Positions 20,063 to 31,331 of a stretch of DNA of 64,000 nucleotides are shown piece by piece. Both the position numbers and the translations under genes were made by a program. The stretch spans positions 273,283 to 337,282 of the forward strand of contig CAWBYW010000009.1 in the NCBI GenBank assembly GCA_963792965.1, read 5' to 3'. Origin of the DNA: an uncultured delta proteobacterium (GTDB taxonomy: Bacteria; Desulfobacterota; Zymogenia; Zymogenales; Zymogenaceae). The notes under the pieces are model-generated. The model ran no database searches. It was not told where the DNA came from and saw only the letters and a program-made list of their open reading frames with translations. Within the stretch, counting starts at the first letter, position 1, and each line of letters opens with the position of its first letter.

Positions 20063-20860
20063 CTATCCTTTCAGCATGATTCCCGCAAGCATCCGTCCCG
20101 TTTCGGCACCGTCCCTCCGGTACGAATAGAAGAGCTCCGCGTGGCACCGCGTGCAGAGATCGATCGAATGGATTCGATCCGGACCTACCCCCGCCTCCAT
20201 GAGGAGACGGCGGTTGAGGCCGGCCAGATCCATCATCGCCTTCCCGCGCTCTCTCGTCTCAAAGAATTCTCCCCCGAAGGGAAAAGCCCGGCTCGCCGAC
20301 TCGACCACGTCCTGTCCCACCTCGTAGCAGCACGGGCCGATAGCCGGGCCGAGCGCGGCGGCAATGTCCGGCGGGGAAGAGCCGAACGCTTCGGCCATCG
20401 TCCGCACGGTCTTTTGTGCGATCCCGAGGACCGTTCCCCTCCATCCGGCATGGACGGCGGCAATGACCCTCCGCTTTGTGTCGACCATGAGGATCGGGAG
20501 GCAGTCCGCCGTCAGCACCGAGAGGACAAGCCCGGGAAGGGTCGTAACCGCGGCGTCGACCTCGATGCGCGCCCGTGAGTCCGCGGGCTCGGGAAAATCC
20601 CGGATCACCGTGACATCGTCGCCGTGTACCTGCCTCATGACGAAGAGGGCCGACGGCTTCACGCCGAATGAGCGCCCGGCCGCCTCAAAGCTCTCCCGGA
20701 CGGTGCGATTATCTCCCTTCCGGTGGTCGAAGTCAAGCGCGGGCCCGCCGGAGGGGTGGGCGGTCCTGGCCGTGAAGAGATAGCGGACTTCGCCCAGGCC
20801 GTCGAACGAATCGATCGTGATGCCCGTTAAGACGGTATCTCGCAGCAACTCAGTTTTCAT
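20063..20860 (-). CDS. pgeF: Peptidoglycan editing factor PgeF/YfiH (purine nucleoside phosphorylase-like)
   Basis: QVHG, TADCLP, HAGWRG, GPAIGPCCYEVG, CT.C..FYSYRR. Confidence 0.93.
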   Translation of the reverse strand: MKTELLRDTVLTGITIDSFDGLGEVRYLFTARTAHPSGGPALDFDHRKGDNRTVRESFEAAGRSFGVKPSALFVMRQVHGDDVTVIRDFPEPADSRARIEVDAAVTTLPGLVLSVLTADCLPILMVDTKRRVIAAVHAGWRGTVLGIAQKTVRTMAEAFGSSPPDIAAALGPAIGPCCYEVGQDVVESASRAFPFGGEFFETRERGKAMMDLAGLNRRLLMEAGVGPDRIHSIDLCTRCHAELFYSYRRDGAETGRMLAGIMLKG

Positions 20861-21833
20861 CGCGCAATACCGAAAGGAGATGTGCTATGTCGGCAGGAAG
20901 GGCCGACTCAAAGTGCATAAATTCCCCCGTCACCGGGTGGACAAAGCCAAGGGAGGAGGCATGGAGCGCCTGCCGCCCGAGCTTTTGCACCGCTTCCCGC
21001 ACTAAACCGCTTTCGAGCCTCTTTGCCGCGCGCATCGAGCCGTAGGTGCGATCGCCGACGATGGGATGGCCGAGCGATGCCATGTGCACCCTGATCTGGT
21101 GGGTCCTGCCGGTTTTGAGCCGAAATTGGCCGTATGTCATGTGTGGGAAGCGCTCAAGCACACGGTATTCGGTAATCGCTTCCCGCCCCGTTTCGGTGCG
21201 CGTGGTCATCCGCTTTCGCTCTCGTGAGTGCCTGCCGATGAGCGTCTCGATCGTCCCGTTGTCCTGCCCGATCCTCCCCCAACAGATCCCATGATAGAGA
21301 CGCTCAGTGGTATGGGACGAGAACTGCAGCTTAAGCCCCGCCAGCGCCGTGTCGTCCTTTGCCACCACCAACAGCCCCGAGGTATCTTTGTCAAGCCGGT
21401 GGACGATCCCGGGCCTGTCCGGGCCGGCCTCGGCGGCCAGGCGCATCCCCCGAAAGAGAAGCGCCGAGATAAGGGTTCCCGATATCCTGCCCGCCCCCGG
21501 ATGGACGGAGAGGCCCGCCGGCTTATCGATCACCGCGATCCAGTCATCCTCGAAGACGACGGCGACCGGGATATCCTCGGGCCCGAACACGGCCTCTCTG
21601 GGGGCTGGCAGGCGGACCTCGATGCGGCTGTGCGCCCTCAACGCGGCGCCGGGCTGCGCGCTCACTCCGTCGACGAGCACTTGTCCATCCCTGATGATCT
21701 TCTGGAAAAATGAGCGGGAATGCTCAGGAAAGCGTTGGGAAAGGTATCGATCAAGCCGCGCGCCGTGGCCCTCAACCTCGACGGTGAGCGAGAGGCTCTC
21801 CTTTTCTTTTTTCGGTAGGGTCGTATCGTCCAA
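20850..21833 (-). CDS. rluD: RluA-family pseudouridine synthase (RluD-like, S4 domain); start approximate
   Basis: RLDRYL S4 domain, DKPAGL.VHP, GIVHRLDKDTSG, TGRTHQIRVH, QALHA. Confidence 0.9.
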   Translation of the reverse strand: MDDTTLPKKEKESLSLTVEVEGHGARLDRYLSQRFPEHSRSFFQKIIRDGQVLVDGVSAQPGAALRAHSRIEVRLPAPREAVFGPEDIPVAVVFEDDWIAVIDKPAGLSVHPGAGRISGTLISALLFRGMRLAAEAGPDRPGIVHRLDKDTSGLLVVAKDDTALAGLKLQFSSHTTERLYHGICWGRIGQDNGTIETLIGRHSRERKRMTTRTETGREAITEYRVLERFPHMTYGQFRLKTGRTHQIRVHMASLGHPIVGDRTYGSMRAAKRLESGLVREAVQKLGRQALHASSLGFVHPVTGEFMHFESALPADIAHLLSVLRDEN

Positions 21834-21840
21834 GGCCGGC

Positions 21841-22104
21841 TCAGATCTTGCTGTTCATATCCGTCGCCTGCTGGACCATGACATCCACGATCGCAAGATC
21901 GTAGAAATTGGTGGTCTGCACGATCTCCGGAGTAACCCTGCTCTCGTAGACTCGCCTCCCCTTTTCAAGCTCGCCCTTCAGGATATCGAAGAGGTTGTCG
22001 TTCTTAAGCCCTTCCTTGACCTTTTCTTTATTATAGATGGTTATATCGGATATGATCGTTCGCGCGAGCCGTTTGGCAGCTTCAGGATCGGTGATCAATG
22101 CCAT
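21841..22104 (-). CDS. Small conserved hypothetical protein (87 aa)
   Basis: Good SD (GAAGGA), coding-like composition, RLARTIISDI..YN motif recalled from deltaproteobacterial small proteins. Confidence 0.8.
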   Translation of the reverse strand: MALITDPEAAKRLARTIISDITIYNKEKVKEGLKNDNLFDILKGELEKGRRVYESRVTPEIVQTTNFYDLAIVDVMVQQATDMNSKI

Positions 22105-22289
22105 CTTTCGTTTCCTTCTTTTGTGGCGAAGATCAGATTACGTTGTGTCGACCACCTTCTTGCACACCTACCGTTCGGCTTACACTTTTGATGAGAACGG
22201 TAGACAATAAAGTACCATGTTATTTAATATGTTATTATTACAATAAAATAGCCATCTGTCAACGGTATATCGGTACTATATACTGTATT

Positions 22290-22589
22290 TTAGTGGAGCC
22301 GGTTTCCGGGGATGACCGAACCGCCTTTCCCCACCGATCGCACCTCTCTTTGAAAGAGCTCGATGATCTCGTGTCTGCATCCCGCGCACAGGATCATCTC
22401 CTGCTCGAAAAATACCGTCTCCTCGAGCTCTTTTGCCGATTGTCCCTCGATGTCGCGAACGAGCTCGGGCAAGGGCTTTTCTTCCGCGTTGATGACGCCG
22501 TCATAGCCCGAGACGGCCGAAAGCTTCACGTGATAGAAGAGCCCCCCCTCGGGGATCCGTTTCTTACATCGCTGACAGATGTGCGCCAT
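22290..22589 (-). CDS. Hypothetical Zn-finger-like protein (CxxC...CxxC)
   Basis: CQRC at the N-terminus, CAGC near the C-terminus; starts 3 bp after the ecfA-like stop. Confidence 0.75.
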   Translation of the reverse strand: MAHICQRCKKRIPEGGLFYHVKLSAVSGYDGVINAEEKPLPELVRDIEGQSAKELEETVFFEQEMILCAGCRHEIIELFQREVRSVGKGGSVIPGNRLH

Positions 22590-22592
22590 CTC

Positions 22593-23420
22593 TCAACTCC
22601 CCTGATAATAGCGGTCCAGCGTATCGATGATCGACGCTATCCCGAGCGTCCTGTCGGGGATATCGATCCCCGAGCCTACGAGGCCCCTGATCAAGACGAG
22701 GAATTCGGGAAGCTCGACATGGAGGCGGCCCAATATCTCATCGCTCAGAATCAATTCTTTGGGCGTGCCGGAAAAGACGATCTTTCCCTCGTCGAGGACG
22801 AAGACGACATCCGAGAGGACCGCCTCGACAAGGGAGTGAGTGATGGAAAGCACCGTGATGCCGTCCTTTCGGTTGAGGTCATGGATCAATCGGAGGATAT
22901 CGCGCCTGCCGTCGGAGTCGAGCATGGAGGTCGCCTCGTCCAGGACGAGGATCTTCGTTTCCATCACGAGGATACCGGCGATCACGAGCCGCTGCTGCTC
23001 GCCGCCGGACAGATTATGCGGGAGCCGGTTGGCGAGGTCCACAAGCGAGAGGCGGTTCATGATCCGCCGCACCCGTCGCCTCATCTCGGCGCTCTTTACC
23101 CCTTTGTTCTCCAGACCGAAGGCGATATCCTCTTCCACGACCGTCGAAATGATCTGGTTTTCGGGGTTGGAGAAGACCAGGCCGACGTCCTCGGAGAGCT
23201 CTTCCGGGCCGATGGTTTTTCCTGCGACGGTCACCGTTCCGGCATCGGGCGTAACGATCCCCTTGATGATCTTTGCGATAGTGGTTTTCCCAGAGCCATT
23301 CGGGCCGATCAGCACGGCGTACGCCCCCGCCGGCACGTGGAGATTCACTCCGTTAAGGGCAAACGACGGAGCTCCCTCAGCGTTCCCGTAGGATATCCTG
23401 ACGTCGGAGAGATTGATCAC
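22593..23420 (-). CDS. ECF/CbiO-type ABC ATPase
   Basis: GPNGSGKT, VFSNPENQII...VEEDIAFGLEN, LSGGEQQR, LDEATSMLD, ITH; GTG start overlaps the RND stop. Confidence 0.9.
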   Translation of the reverse strand: MINLSDVRISYGNAEGAPSFALNGVNLHVPAGAYAVLIGPNGSGKTTIAKIIKGIVTPDAGTVTVAGKTIGPEELSEDVGLVFSNPENQIISTVVEEDIAFGLENKGVKSAEMRRRVRRIMNRLSLVDLANRLPHNLSGGEQQRLVIAGILVMETKILVLDEATSMLDSDGRRDILRLIHDLNRKDGITVLSITHSLVEAVLSDVVFVLDEGKIVFSGTPKELILSDEILGRLHVELPEFLVLIRGLVGSGIDIPDRTLGIASIIDTLDRYYQGS

Positions 23421-26400
23421 CGCCTCTCCCCCATCCACGCCGGGAGCTTTCCCTTGATATCTTCCACGATAATATAGAGGCAGGGAACGACCAGAAGCGT
23501 AAGCAGCGTCGAGAAGAGGACGCCCCAGAACATCGCAATCGCCATCGGGGCCAGATCCGCCTCACTGCCGGCTATCCCGAAGGCCAACGGGAAAAGCGCC
23601 ATAAGGATGGTAAAGCTCGTCAGCAAAATAGGCCTCAGCCGTATCATCCCCGATTCCTTTACCGCTTCAAGCAGAGGCCGGCCCGCTTGTCGGGCGCGGT
23701 TGATAAAATCCAACAGGAGGATCGAGTTGCTCACGACGATGCCCATCAGCGCGATGATTCCGATGAAGGCAAGCAGCGAGAGCTGTTGCCCCATGATGAA
23801 CAACCCGAAAAAGACCCCGATGAAGGCAAACGGGATGGCGAACATGATGATAATCGGCTGGACAAACGAGCGGAAAAGGACCGCAAGGATGACGTAGATG
23901 ATCCCGAGCACGAGCCAGAGCGCCTCGATCATGGACGTAAGAGATTCCTGGGTATCCTTGAACTCACCGGTATAGTTGAAGAAATATCCCGGGTACATCG
24001 AGCTTGCCGTCCCGAACTTTTTGATCAGCACCTTGTTGACGCCGGCCGATGTGTTGTCATTGCTGGAGATGTCGGCGGTAACGGTGATCGTCCGCTTCCG
24101 CTCGGAATGATATATCTTGAATATCCCCTTGCCGTTGACGATATCGGCCACACTCTTGATCGGGATCCTTTCACCGTTGAGGTTCGGGACCGAAAAATTC
24201 ATCAGGTAGCTCGGGTTTTGGAAAGACGTCATTATATTTAACGACGATGTTAATTTTCTCGTCGCCCCGCCTGATATTGCCTGCGTCTCCGCCCGAGAAG
24301 GCATCTCGTATCTCCGATGGCGACCATCGCGACGTTGAGGCCCAAGCGTCCGCGCCTTGTGCTCGTCGACGTCGATCTTTATCTCGTCTTTCCCCTTTTG
24401 GTAGTTTGTCTCGATATCCTTGACGCCCTTGATCTTCCTCAGCTCGTCCATGACCTCGCCTGAGAGCTTCTCAAGGACGGCGAAATCGTCCCCATTGATC
24501 TCCACGGATACGGGCTTACCGGTCGGCGGGCCGCCTTGCTCCTTCTCGACGGCGATCGGAGGTCGGGCCGGGGATGAGATCGGCCTTTTCCCTGATGGAA
24601 TTTATAATGTCGTCGGGGTTCATTTTCGTATAGCCCTTCTCGGTCAGCTCCACGTAGATCTGTCCGAGATAGGTGCCGTCCTCGTTCGATATCCTGTTCC
24701 TGGGCACTGCCCACGTTGGTCACGTACGGACGCGATCTCATCGGAGGGGAGGGCGGCCACGATCTTTTCCACCTGCTTCATCACCCGGTCGGTTTCTTCC
24801 AGATTGACGTTTACCGGGTTCTTTACGATGATATTGAATTGTTCCGTCCTCACCTTCGCCGAACCAGACAAATTCCATCGTCAGGAAGCCGAAAATCATC
24901 GTGCCGACCGCGACCGCGTTCAGGCCGATGAAGATCAGGTAGCGCCGCCTGCAGGCAGTAGGAAAGAACGCGCGCATAAAAATCCCTGACATAGTTGAAC
25001 CAGGAGCGGAAGTCCTGCTTCTTTTCGTGCACCGTGACCTTCACGAATTGATTGAGGTTCGAGGGAAGGATGAAGAAGGCCTGGAACCAGGAGGCAATAA
25101 AGCAGATAATCCCCACCTCGGGGATGACCTTCAAAAATTTCCCCATGATACCGGAGGTGAACATGAGCGGAAAGAGCGAGGCGATATGTGTCGAGACGGC
25201 CGCGGCCACCGGCAACACGACCTCATGCGTGCCGGTAAGGACGGACTCCTCCATGGATAGTCCCATCTCCCGGTATCGGAAGGAGTTTTCGGCCACGACG
25301 ATGGCCTGGTCGACGACCATCCCGAGGACAAGGATAAGGCCGAACATGGAAAGGAGGTTGAGCGTGATCCCCATGTAGTACATGATAATAAGAGACAACA
25401 GGAAGGAAAAGGGGATCGAGGCGGCCGACCAGAGCGCGATCTTCGCCTCAAGGATAAGATACATGATGATCAGACAAGAACCAAGCCCATCAGACCGTCC
25501 GTCAGAAGGTCCTATTCTGTCTCCTCTCGACGATGTTGGCGTTATCACGCACAAGGTCTATCTTAGCGCCGGCAGGAAGAATGGCCTTTTCTTCTTCGGC
25601 CAGAGCTTCTTGATTTCGTTGACGATAGTGATTACGTCGCCGCTCGCCTTCTTGGTGACCATCAGGTTGATCGATGGCTTACCGTTGATGCGGCCGATCA
25701 CCTCCCATTTCTTGAACGTCTCCATCACATCGGCGATGTCTCCTACCCTGACCACGCCGCTGGCGAGCGATCGGACGACGACGTTTTCGACGTCCGCCGG
25801 GCTCTCCACCTCCCCGATGGTGCGGATCAAGAGCTCTTTCCTCCCGAGGTCGATGGTCCCGCCGGGGATGTTCAGGTTCCGGTTCCTGATGGCCGTTATT
25901 ACATCGGACATGGAGAGGTTTGCCGCCTCCAGCCGCCGGGGGTCCACCGACACCCACATCTCGCGGTCCCGGTAGCCGAAGCGATCCACCGTCTCCACGC
26001 CGTCGATCGCCTCTATCGCCGTCTTGAGCCGCTCCGAGGCGGCCCGGAGCGTCTGCTCCGGGGCATTGCCGGAGATGGCGACCGTAACGACCGGAAAATT
26101 GGCCGCGATCTTTTCATATTGCGGCTCCTCCACGTCGGTCGGGATATCCTGAACGTTTCCGACCTTATTCTTTACGTCGTTGAGAAGCTGGTCAAGCTCC
26201 GCCCCCTCGATATCGCTCTGGGCCTTGATGATGATGATCGATACCCCTTCCCTGGATTGCGACTCAAGCGTATCTATCCCTTCGACGCCCGCGATCTCTT
26301 CCTCGAACGGGGTTGTCACCACTTTCTCCACCTCTTCCGGGGACGCCCCCGGATACGGGGTCGTAATGACGATGTATCCGAACGCGATGGAGGGGAAATA

Positions 26401-26506
26401 CCTCCCGGTTGAGCTTCATGGTCAGGGTTACGCCGAGGATGAGCACGGCGATAGTGATCATATTGACGAGGACATGGTTTTTAACGAAATATCGTATCAG
26501 AGCCAT
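23417..26506 (-). CDS. AcrB-family RND efflux permease (~1030 codons, many frameshifts)
   Basis: REVFP, YPGASPEEVE..VT.P.EE, GMVVDQAIVVAEN, GIVVSNSILLLDF, RLRPILLTS across consecutive ORF fragments. Confidence 0.9.
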
Positions 26507-26517
26507 GAGAGAGACCT

Positions 26518-27441
26518 CTAAGGAGACGCGATAATCTGCACGGCGGCGCCGTCGCTCAGATTTTCTTTTCCGAGGGTTACGATCTTATCCCCGGCTACGA
26601 CCCCGGAGATTACCTCGACGTTCTCGTCTTCCACGACGCCGATCGTGAGCCGCCTCATTTTGGCCACTCCACCCGCGACGACGAAACAGTACGGCCCCTG
26701 CATCCCCTCTTTCTCGAACAGGAGGGACTCAAAGGGGATCACGAGGGCGTTTTCCTTTTCCGACAGGATTATCGTTACATCGCCGAACATCCCGGCCCGA
26801 AGGCCCGTGTCGTGTTCGGTGATCGATACCTCGACCTCGGCCGTCCGGGTCGTCCTATCGATCACCGTGCTTACCCGATCCACGACGCCGTCATAGACTT
26901 TATCGGGGATCGTCGGGACCGTGACATGCGCTTTCATGCCTTCTTTGATCTTGGAGAGCTCCGTGTCGGGGACCCTGATGATGACCTTGATCGGATTTCC
27001 GCCGACGATAAGAGATAGCGGGGTGGTGGGGGTCGCTCGCTCACCGATATTCAGGTAGTTGACCGCCACCGTCCCCGAGATCGGGGCCTCAACAATCACC
27101 GGTTTAAACTCGTCCCAGGTCTCCTCCCGCTCCAGGATTACCAGCGGCACCCCCTTGGATACTTCATCCCCTTCCTTGTAGTTATACTTCGTGACCCTCC
27201 CGTTGACCAGGCTGTAGACAAGGGCCTCCTTTTCGGCGTGGAGATCCCCGGTGTAGAAAAGGGTCTCCCTGATCGTCCCCTTGCGGGCTTCGACGACCGA
27301 GACCGGGTATTTCTTCACCTCCTCCGCCTTCTTTGACGCAAAAAGCTTGGAATGGAGGACCCGCACCGTCAGGAGTGCCAGGAACGCCACGGCGATAACC
27401 GCGATTATCGAGACAATTGCGATCTTCTTTTTGTCCTTCAC
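26518..27441 (-). CDS. RND periplasmic adaptor (membrane fusion protein)
   Basis: N-terminal TM, lipoyl halves (V.G.V / APISGTV), LRAGMF, V...G...VEV.SG...GD.IV; short alpha-hairpin. Confidence 0.9.
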   Translation of the reverse strand: MKDKKKIAIVSIIAVIAVAFLALLTVRVLHSKLFASKKAEEVKKYPVSVVEARKGTIRETLFYTGDLHAEKEALVYSLVNGRVTKYNYKEGDEVSKGVPLVILEREETWDEFKPVIVEAPISGTVAVNYLNIGERATPTTPLSLIVGGNPIKVIIRVPDTELSKIKEGMKAHVTVPTIPDKVYDGVVDRVSTVIDRTTRTAEVEVSITEHDTGLRAGMFGDVTIILSEKENALVIPFESLLFEKEGMQGPYCFVVAGGVAKMRRLTIGVVEDENVEVISGVVAGDKIVTLGKENLSDGAAVQIIASP

Positions 27442-27564
27442 GCTATTCTCCTCAAAGAAAATAAAGGCAAGGATATACCTTGCCTTCTCGCTCTTCACTC
27501 ATCAATTTCACATAAGACCCCATGTTCCTGGGGGCGTTTGTCAGTTTCCAGTCGAAGGATGCGC

Positions 27565-28146
27565 TTACACCTCGGGAGCTTGCTTCTTTTCCTTCTTTGC
27601 GGGCTTCATGGGCGCTGCTTCGGTTTCCTTCTCGCCCTTTTTGCCTTTCTCTTTTTTCTCTTTGGCCTCGGGCGCCTTCTTCTCGGCTTTCTTGGCCTCG
27701 CCTTTCTTTGGCTCTTCCTTCTTTCCCTTAGCCTCTTTCTTTATCTTCTCCCCGGCCCCCTTTTTCGCCTTTTCCTTCTCTTTGGCATCATCCGTGCCGA
27801 GGATCTCGATGATCGCCATGCGGGCGTTGTCGCCCGCGCGCGACCCGAGCTTCATGATCCGGGTGTATCCCCCCGCCCTATCCTTAAACCGCTCGGCGTA
27901 TTCGCCGAAGACCTTCCCCACGACGTCCTTGCTCCTGAGAAATGCCAGCGCCTGCCGTCGCGCATGGAGGTCGCCCCGCTTGCCGAGGGTGATCATTCGC
28001 TCCACGTACCTCCTCAACTCTTTCGCTTTTATCTCCGTCGTCTCTATACGGCTTTCGCCCAACAGCGACGTGGCCATGTTCCTGAACATAGCCTTTCGGT
28101 GGCTGGTAACTCGCCCAAGTCTCTTCGAATTCTTCAGATGGCGCAT
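27565..28146 (-). CDS. rplQ: 50S ribosomal protein L17 with Lys/Glu-rich C-terminal extension
   Basis: MRHLK...[20 protein letters not shown]...R.GDNA.MA. Confidence 0.97.
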   Translation of the reverse strand: MRHLKNSKRLGRVTSHRKAMFRNMATSLLGESRIETTEIKAKELRRYVERMITLGKRGDLHARRQALAFLRSKDVVGKVFGEYAERFKDRAGGYTRIMKLGSRAGDNARMAIIEILGTDDAKEKEKAKKGAGEKIKKEAKGKKEEPKKGEAKKAEKKAPEAKEKKEKGKKGEKETEAAPMKPAKKEKKQAPEV

Positions 28147-28321
28147 TGTTCGTCCCCTTTATTCAGATAGCGGGCAAACCCTACGTAAAAAGGATTCTCC
28201 CGAATCCTCTCTCAAAAACCCCGACCACCGATCTCAGGCGGCGAGCCAGCCGGTCATCGGGACCTCCGCAAAGCGACGCGGTGATACCGTCATGTTTCAT
28301 CCCGAGCCGTCGTGCTCGATC

Positions 28322-29353
28322 CTACTCCTGCTCCGGTTCCTCCGGCTCCTGATATTCCGGCAGATCCTTCGGAGGCCAATTCTCCAGCTTCATGCCGAAC
28401 CGGAGTCCCATTTCGGCCAGGAGTTCCTTGATCTCGTTAAGTGATTTTCGCCCAAAGTTCTTCGTCTTGAGCATGTCCATTTCCGTCTTCTGGACGAGAT
28501 CACCAATATATCTGATATTGGCATTCTTCAGGCAGTTCGACGATCGGACGGAGAGCTCCAGCTCGCTGACCGGCCGCAGCAGATTTTCATTGAAGTCGTA
28601 CTTGCTCTCTATCTGCTCCTCCAGCTCACCCTCCATGTCCTCGGTAAAATTGATGAAGATGCTCATGTGCTCTTTGAGGATCTTGGCCGCAAAGGCGATG
28701 GCGTCCTCCGGTGTGACGCTCCCGTCGGTCCAGACCTCGATGGTGAGCTTATCATAATCGGTACGCTGTCCCAACCGCGCGGCGGTGACGGTATAGTTAA
28801 CCTTCTTGACCGGAGAGAATATGGCGTCGATCGGTATCGTCCCAATCGGCATATCCTCTTCTTTATTCCGCTCGGCGGGCACATACCCCCTGCCCCACTT
28901 TACCTTCATCTCCATCACGAGCTTACCGCCCTTGGAGAGGGTTGCGATGTGGTGATCGGGGTTCAATATCTTGACGCTTTCCTCGCTCTTGATGTCCTTG
29001 GCGGAGACGGGACCTTCCTTCGACGCCTCAATCCTGACGGTCTTCGGATTGTCATCGAAGAGCTTAAACCTGATCCCCTTGATGTTCAGGATGACGTCGG
29101 TGACGTCTTCAACCACGCCGGGAATTGTGGTAAATTCGTGCAGGACGCCGTCTATTTTAACGGACGTTACGGCGGTGCCCATGAGTGAGGACAAGAGTAT
29201 TCTCCTCAGTGAATTACCGATGGTAATTCCAAATCCACGCTCAAACGGCTCGGCGGTAAACTTCCCGTAGAATTCGGTCAATTCCTCGGGTTCAACCACC
29301 AGCTTCTTGGGCCTGATCAGTTCCCGCCAATTGGCCTGAATTGTATTTCCCAT
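28322..29353 (-). CDS. rpoA: RNA polymerase alpha subunit
   Basis: [34 protein letters not shown]. Confidence 0.99.
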   Translation of the reverse strand: MGNTIQANWRELIRPKKLVVEPEELTEFYGKFTAEPFERGFGITIGNSLRRILLSSLMGTAVTSVKIDGVLHEFTTIPGVVEDVTDVILNIKGIRFKLFDDNPKTVRIEASKEGPVSAKDIKSEESVKILNPDHHIATLSKGGKLVMEMKVKWGRGYVPAERNKEEDMPIGTIPIDAIFSPVKKVNYTVTAARLGQRTDYDKLTIEVWTDGSVTPEDAIAFAAKILKEHMSIFINFTEDMEGELEEQIESKYDFNENLLRPVSELELSVRSSNCLKNANIRYIGDLVQKTEMDMLKTKNFGRKSLNEIKELLAEMGLRFGMKLENWPPKDLPEYQEPEEPEQE

Positions 29354-29382
29354 AAGACCTCCTTGCCCTGTAACTATACCTA

Positions 29383-30009
29383 CTACTTGGAGTAAAGCTC
29401 GACTATCAGGTTCTCGGAAATAGGCATAGTCAGGTCTTTACGTGCAGGCAGGGCCTTAATGGTTCCGGCAAACGTATTCTTGTTATACTCGAGCCAGTGC
29501 GGAATGCCCCTTCGCATAACGGTCTCAAGGGCATCCACAATCCGCTCGACCTTCCTGCTTTTTGGATGAAGCTCAATCGTATCGCCGATCTTCGTCAAGT
29601 ATGAGGGTATATTCACCTTCTTCCCGTTTACCAGAAAATGGCTGTGCAGCACAAGCTGCCGCGCCTCCGTGCGGGAAGTGGCAAAGCCGAAGCGGTATAC
29701 CATATTGTCGAGCCTTCTCTCCAGCAGGACAAGCAGGTGTTCCCCGGTTACCCCTTTTAGCCGATCGGCCTCATTGAAGTAGAGATGAAACTGCCTCTCG
29801 AGGATGCCGTACATCCTCTTAACCTTTTGCTTCTCCCTCAGCTGATTACCGTACTCGGAGAATTTCGTTCTTCCCTGCCCGTGTTCTCCCGGGGGATAGT
29901 TTCGCCGCTCCACGGCGCACTTCTCCGAGAAGCAGCGGTCCCCCTTGAGATAAAGCTTCATGCCGTCCCTCCGGCAAAGCTTACATACCGGACCCCGATA
30001 TCGTGCCAA
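29383..30009 (-). CDS. rpsD: 30S ribosomal protein S4 (Zn-binding type)
   Basis: [28 protein letters not shown]. Confidence 0.99.
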   Translation of the reverse strand: MARYRGPVCKLCRRDGMKLYLKGDRCFSEKCAVERRNYPPGEHGQGRTKFSEYGNQLREKQKVKRMYGILERQFHLYFNEADRLKGVTGEHLLVLLERRLDNMVYRFGFATSRTEARQLVLHSHFLVNGKKVNIPSYLTKIGDTIELHPKSRKVERIVDALETVMRRGIPHWLEYNKNTFAGTIKALPARKDLTMPISENLIVELYSK

Positions 30010-30155
30010 ATCAGACCTCCGATTCTTCTATATTACTTTATTGCGAGATATCTGTATCACCGCCGATTTCAAGATGACCGGTCCGGCGGCGATAAAATGA
30101 ATGCGAATAATGACGATCATCGCTGCCGTGTCCGAAGCCACGGCGGCCCCAGACG

Positions 30156-30548
30156 TTATACCCTTCGGCGCTTGGGCGGCCGGCACCCGTTGTGGGGGAT
30201 GGGCGTCACGTCTCGTATGATGTTCACCTCAAGGCCCGCCGACTGGAGCGCCCGCAGAGCCGCCTCCCTTCCGGATCCCGGTCCCTTTACCTGTACGTCG
30301 ACCGTCCTCAACCCATGTTCCATCGCCTTCTTCGCGGCGTCCTGGGCGGCTATCTGGGCCGAATACGGGGTGCTCTTCCGAGAACCCTTGAAGCCCTGGG
30401 CCCCCGCGCTCGACCACGACAGTACGTTACCGGAAAGGTCCGTAATCGTGATGATGGTGTTGTTAAAAGACGACTGGATATGGGCTATCCCGACCTGGAC
30501 ATTCTTTTTTTCTTTTCTCTTTCTTACCGTTTTCTTGCCCTTGGCCAT
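30156..30548 (-). CDS. rpsK: 30S ribosomal protein S11
   Basis: [29 protein letters not shown]. Confidence 0.99.
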   Translation of the reverse strand: MAKGKKTVRKRKEKKNVQVGIAHIQSSFNNTIITITDLSGNVLSWSSAGAQGFKGSRKSTPYSAQIAAQDAAKKAMEHGLRTVDVQVKGPGSGREAALRALQSAGLEVNIIRDVTPIPHNGCRPPKRRRV

Positions 30549-30560
30549 TACATGTACCCC

Positions 30561-30926
30561 TTACTTCTTCTTGATCTTGACCCGACGGGGACCCTTCCGC
30601 GTTCGGGCGTTGGTTGAAGTCCGCTGCCCTCTCACCGGCAGTCCTTTCCGGTGTCTGAGGCCCCGGTAGTTCCCAAGATCCATGAGCATCTTGATATTCA
30701 TCGACCGCTTCTTGCGCAGATCGCCCTCGACGGTATACTTCGCGTCGATGACGTCCCTGATCGAGCTGATCTCCTTCTCCGTGAGGTTGTCGGTCCTCTT
30801 GTCCAGATCGACCCCCGCCTCGGTCAGTATCTCTTTGGACGATGTGCGGCCGATCCCGTAGATATAGGTCAGACCGATCTCAATCCGCTTATTCTTGGGC
30901 AGGTCAACACCCGCGATACGCGCCAT
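30561..30926 (-). CDS. rpsM: 30S ribosomal protein S13
   Basis: [25 protein letters not shown]. Confidence 0.99.
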   Translation of the reverse strand: MARIAGVDLPKNKRIEIGLTYIYGIGRTSSKEILTEAGVDLDKRTDNLTEKEISSIRDVIDAKYTVEGDLRKKRSMNIKMLMDLGNYRGLRHRKGLPVRGQRTSTNARTRKGPRRVKIKKK

Positions 30927-30944
30927 GTCTCCTCCTTATCTCTC

Positions 30945-31058
30945 TCAGCCTTGACGCTGCTTATGCTTTGGGTTTTCGCAGATCACCCGGACAACGCCCT
31001 TCCGTTTGATGATCTTGCACTTATCGCAGATCTTCTTAACTGATGCGCGAACCTTCAT
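30945..31058 (-). CDS. rpmJ: 50S ribosomal protein L36 (not in ORF track)
   Basis: Translated by hand: [37 protein letters not shown]. Confidence 0.97.
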   Translation of the reverse strand: MKVRASVKKICDKCKIIKRKGVVRVICENPKHKQRQG

Positions 31059-31093
31059 TTTCGTTGCCCCTTTCTTGAGCCGTAAGAACCGAG

Positions 31094-31312
31094 TTACTTG
31101 GCCCGGTACGTAATTCTGCCCCGGGAAAGATCATACGGGGACAGCTCTACGGTTACCCTATCCCCCTTGAGTATCTTGATGAAGTGCATCCTCATCTTCC
31201 CCGAAATGTGGGCCAGAACCTTATGGCCGTTTTCCAACTCCACCCGAAACATGGCATTGGGAAGAATCTCCAGAACGGTTCCTTCGATTTCGATGGCCTC
31301 TTCTTTCGGCAT
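31094..31312 (-). CDS. infA: Translation initiation factor IF-1
   Basis: [32 protein letters not shown]. Confidence 0.99.
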   Translation of the reverse strand: MPKEEAIEIEGTVLEILPNAMFRVELENGHKVLAHISGKMRMHFIKILKGDRVTVELSPYDLSRGRITYRAK

Positions 31313-31331
31313 ACTCCACTACTCCCGATAA

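Noticed and set aside
21841-21843. TGA where homologs are recalled to end in Trp (possible UGA recoding)
   Set aside because: TGA is a normal stop in many genes here (map, rplK, rplB, rplR) and the tRNA-Trp is CCA; the homolog ending is only from memory
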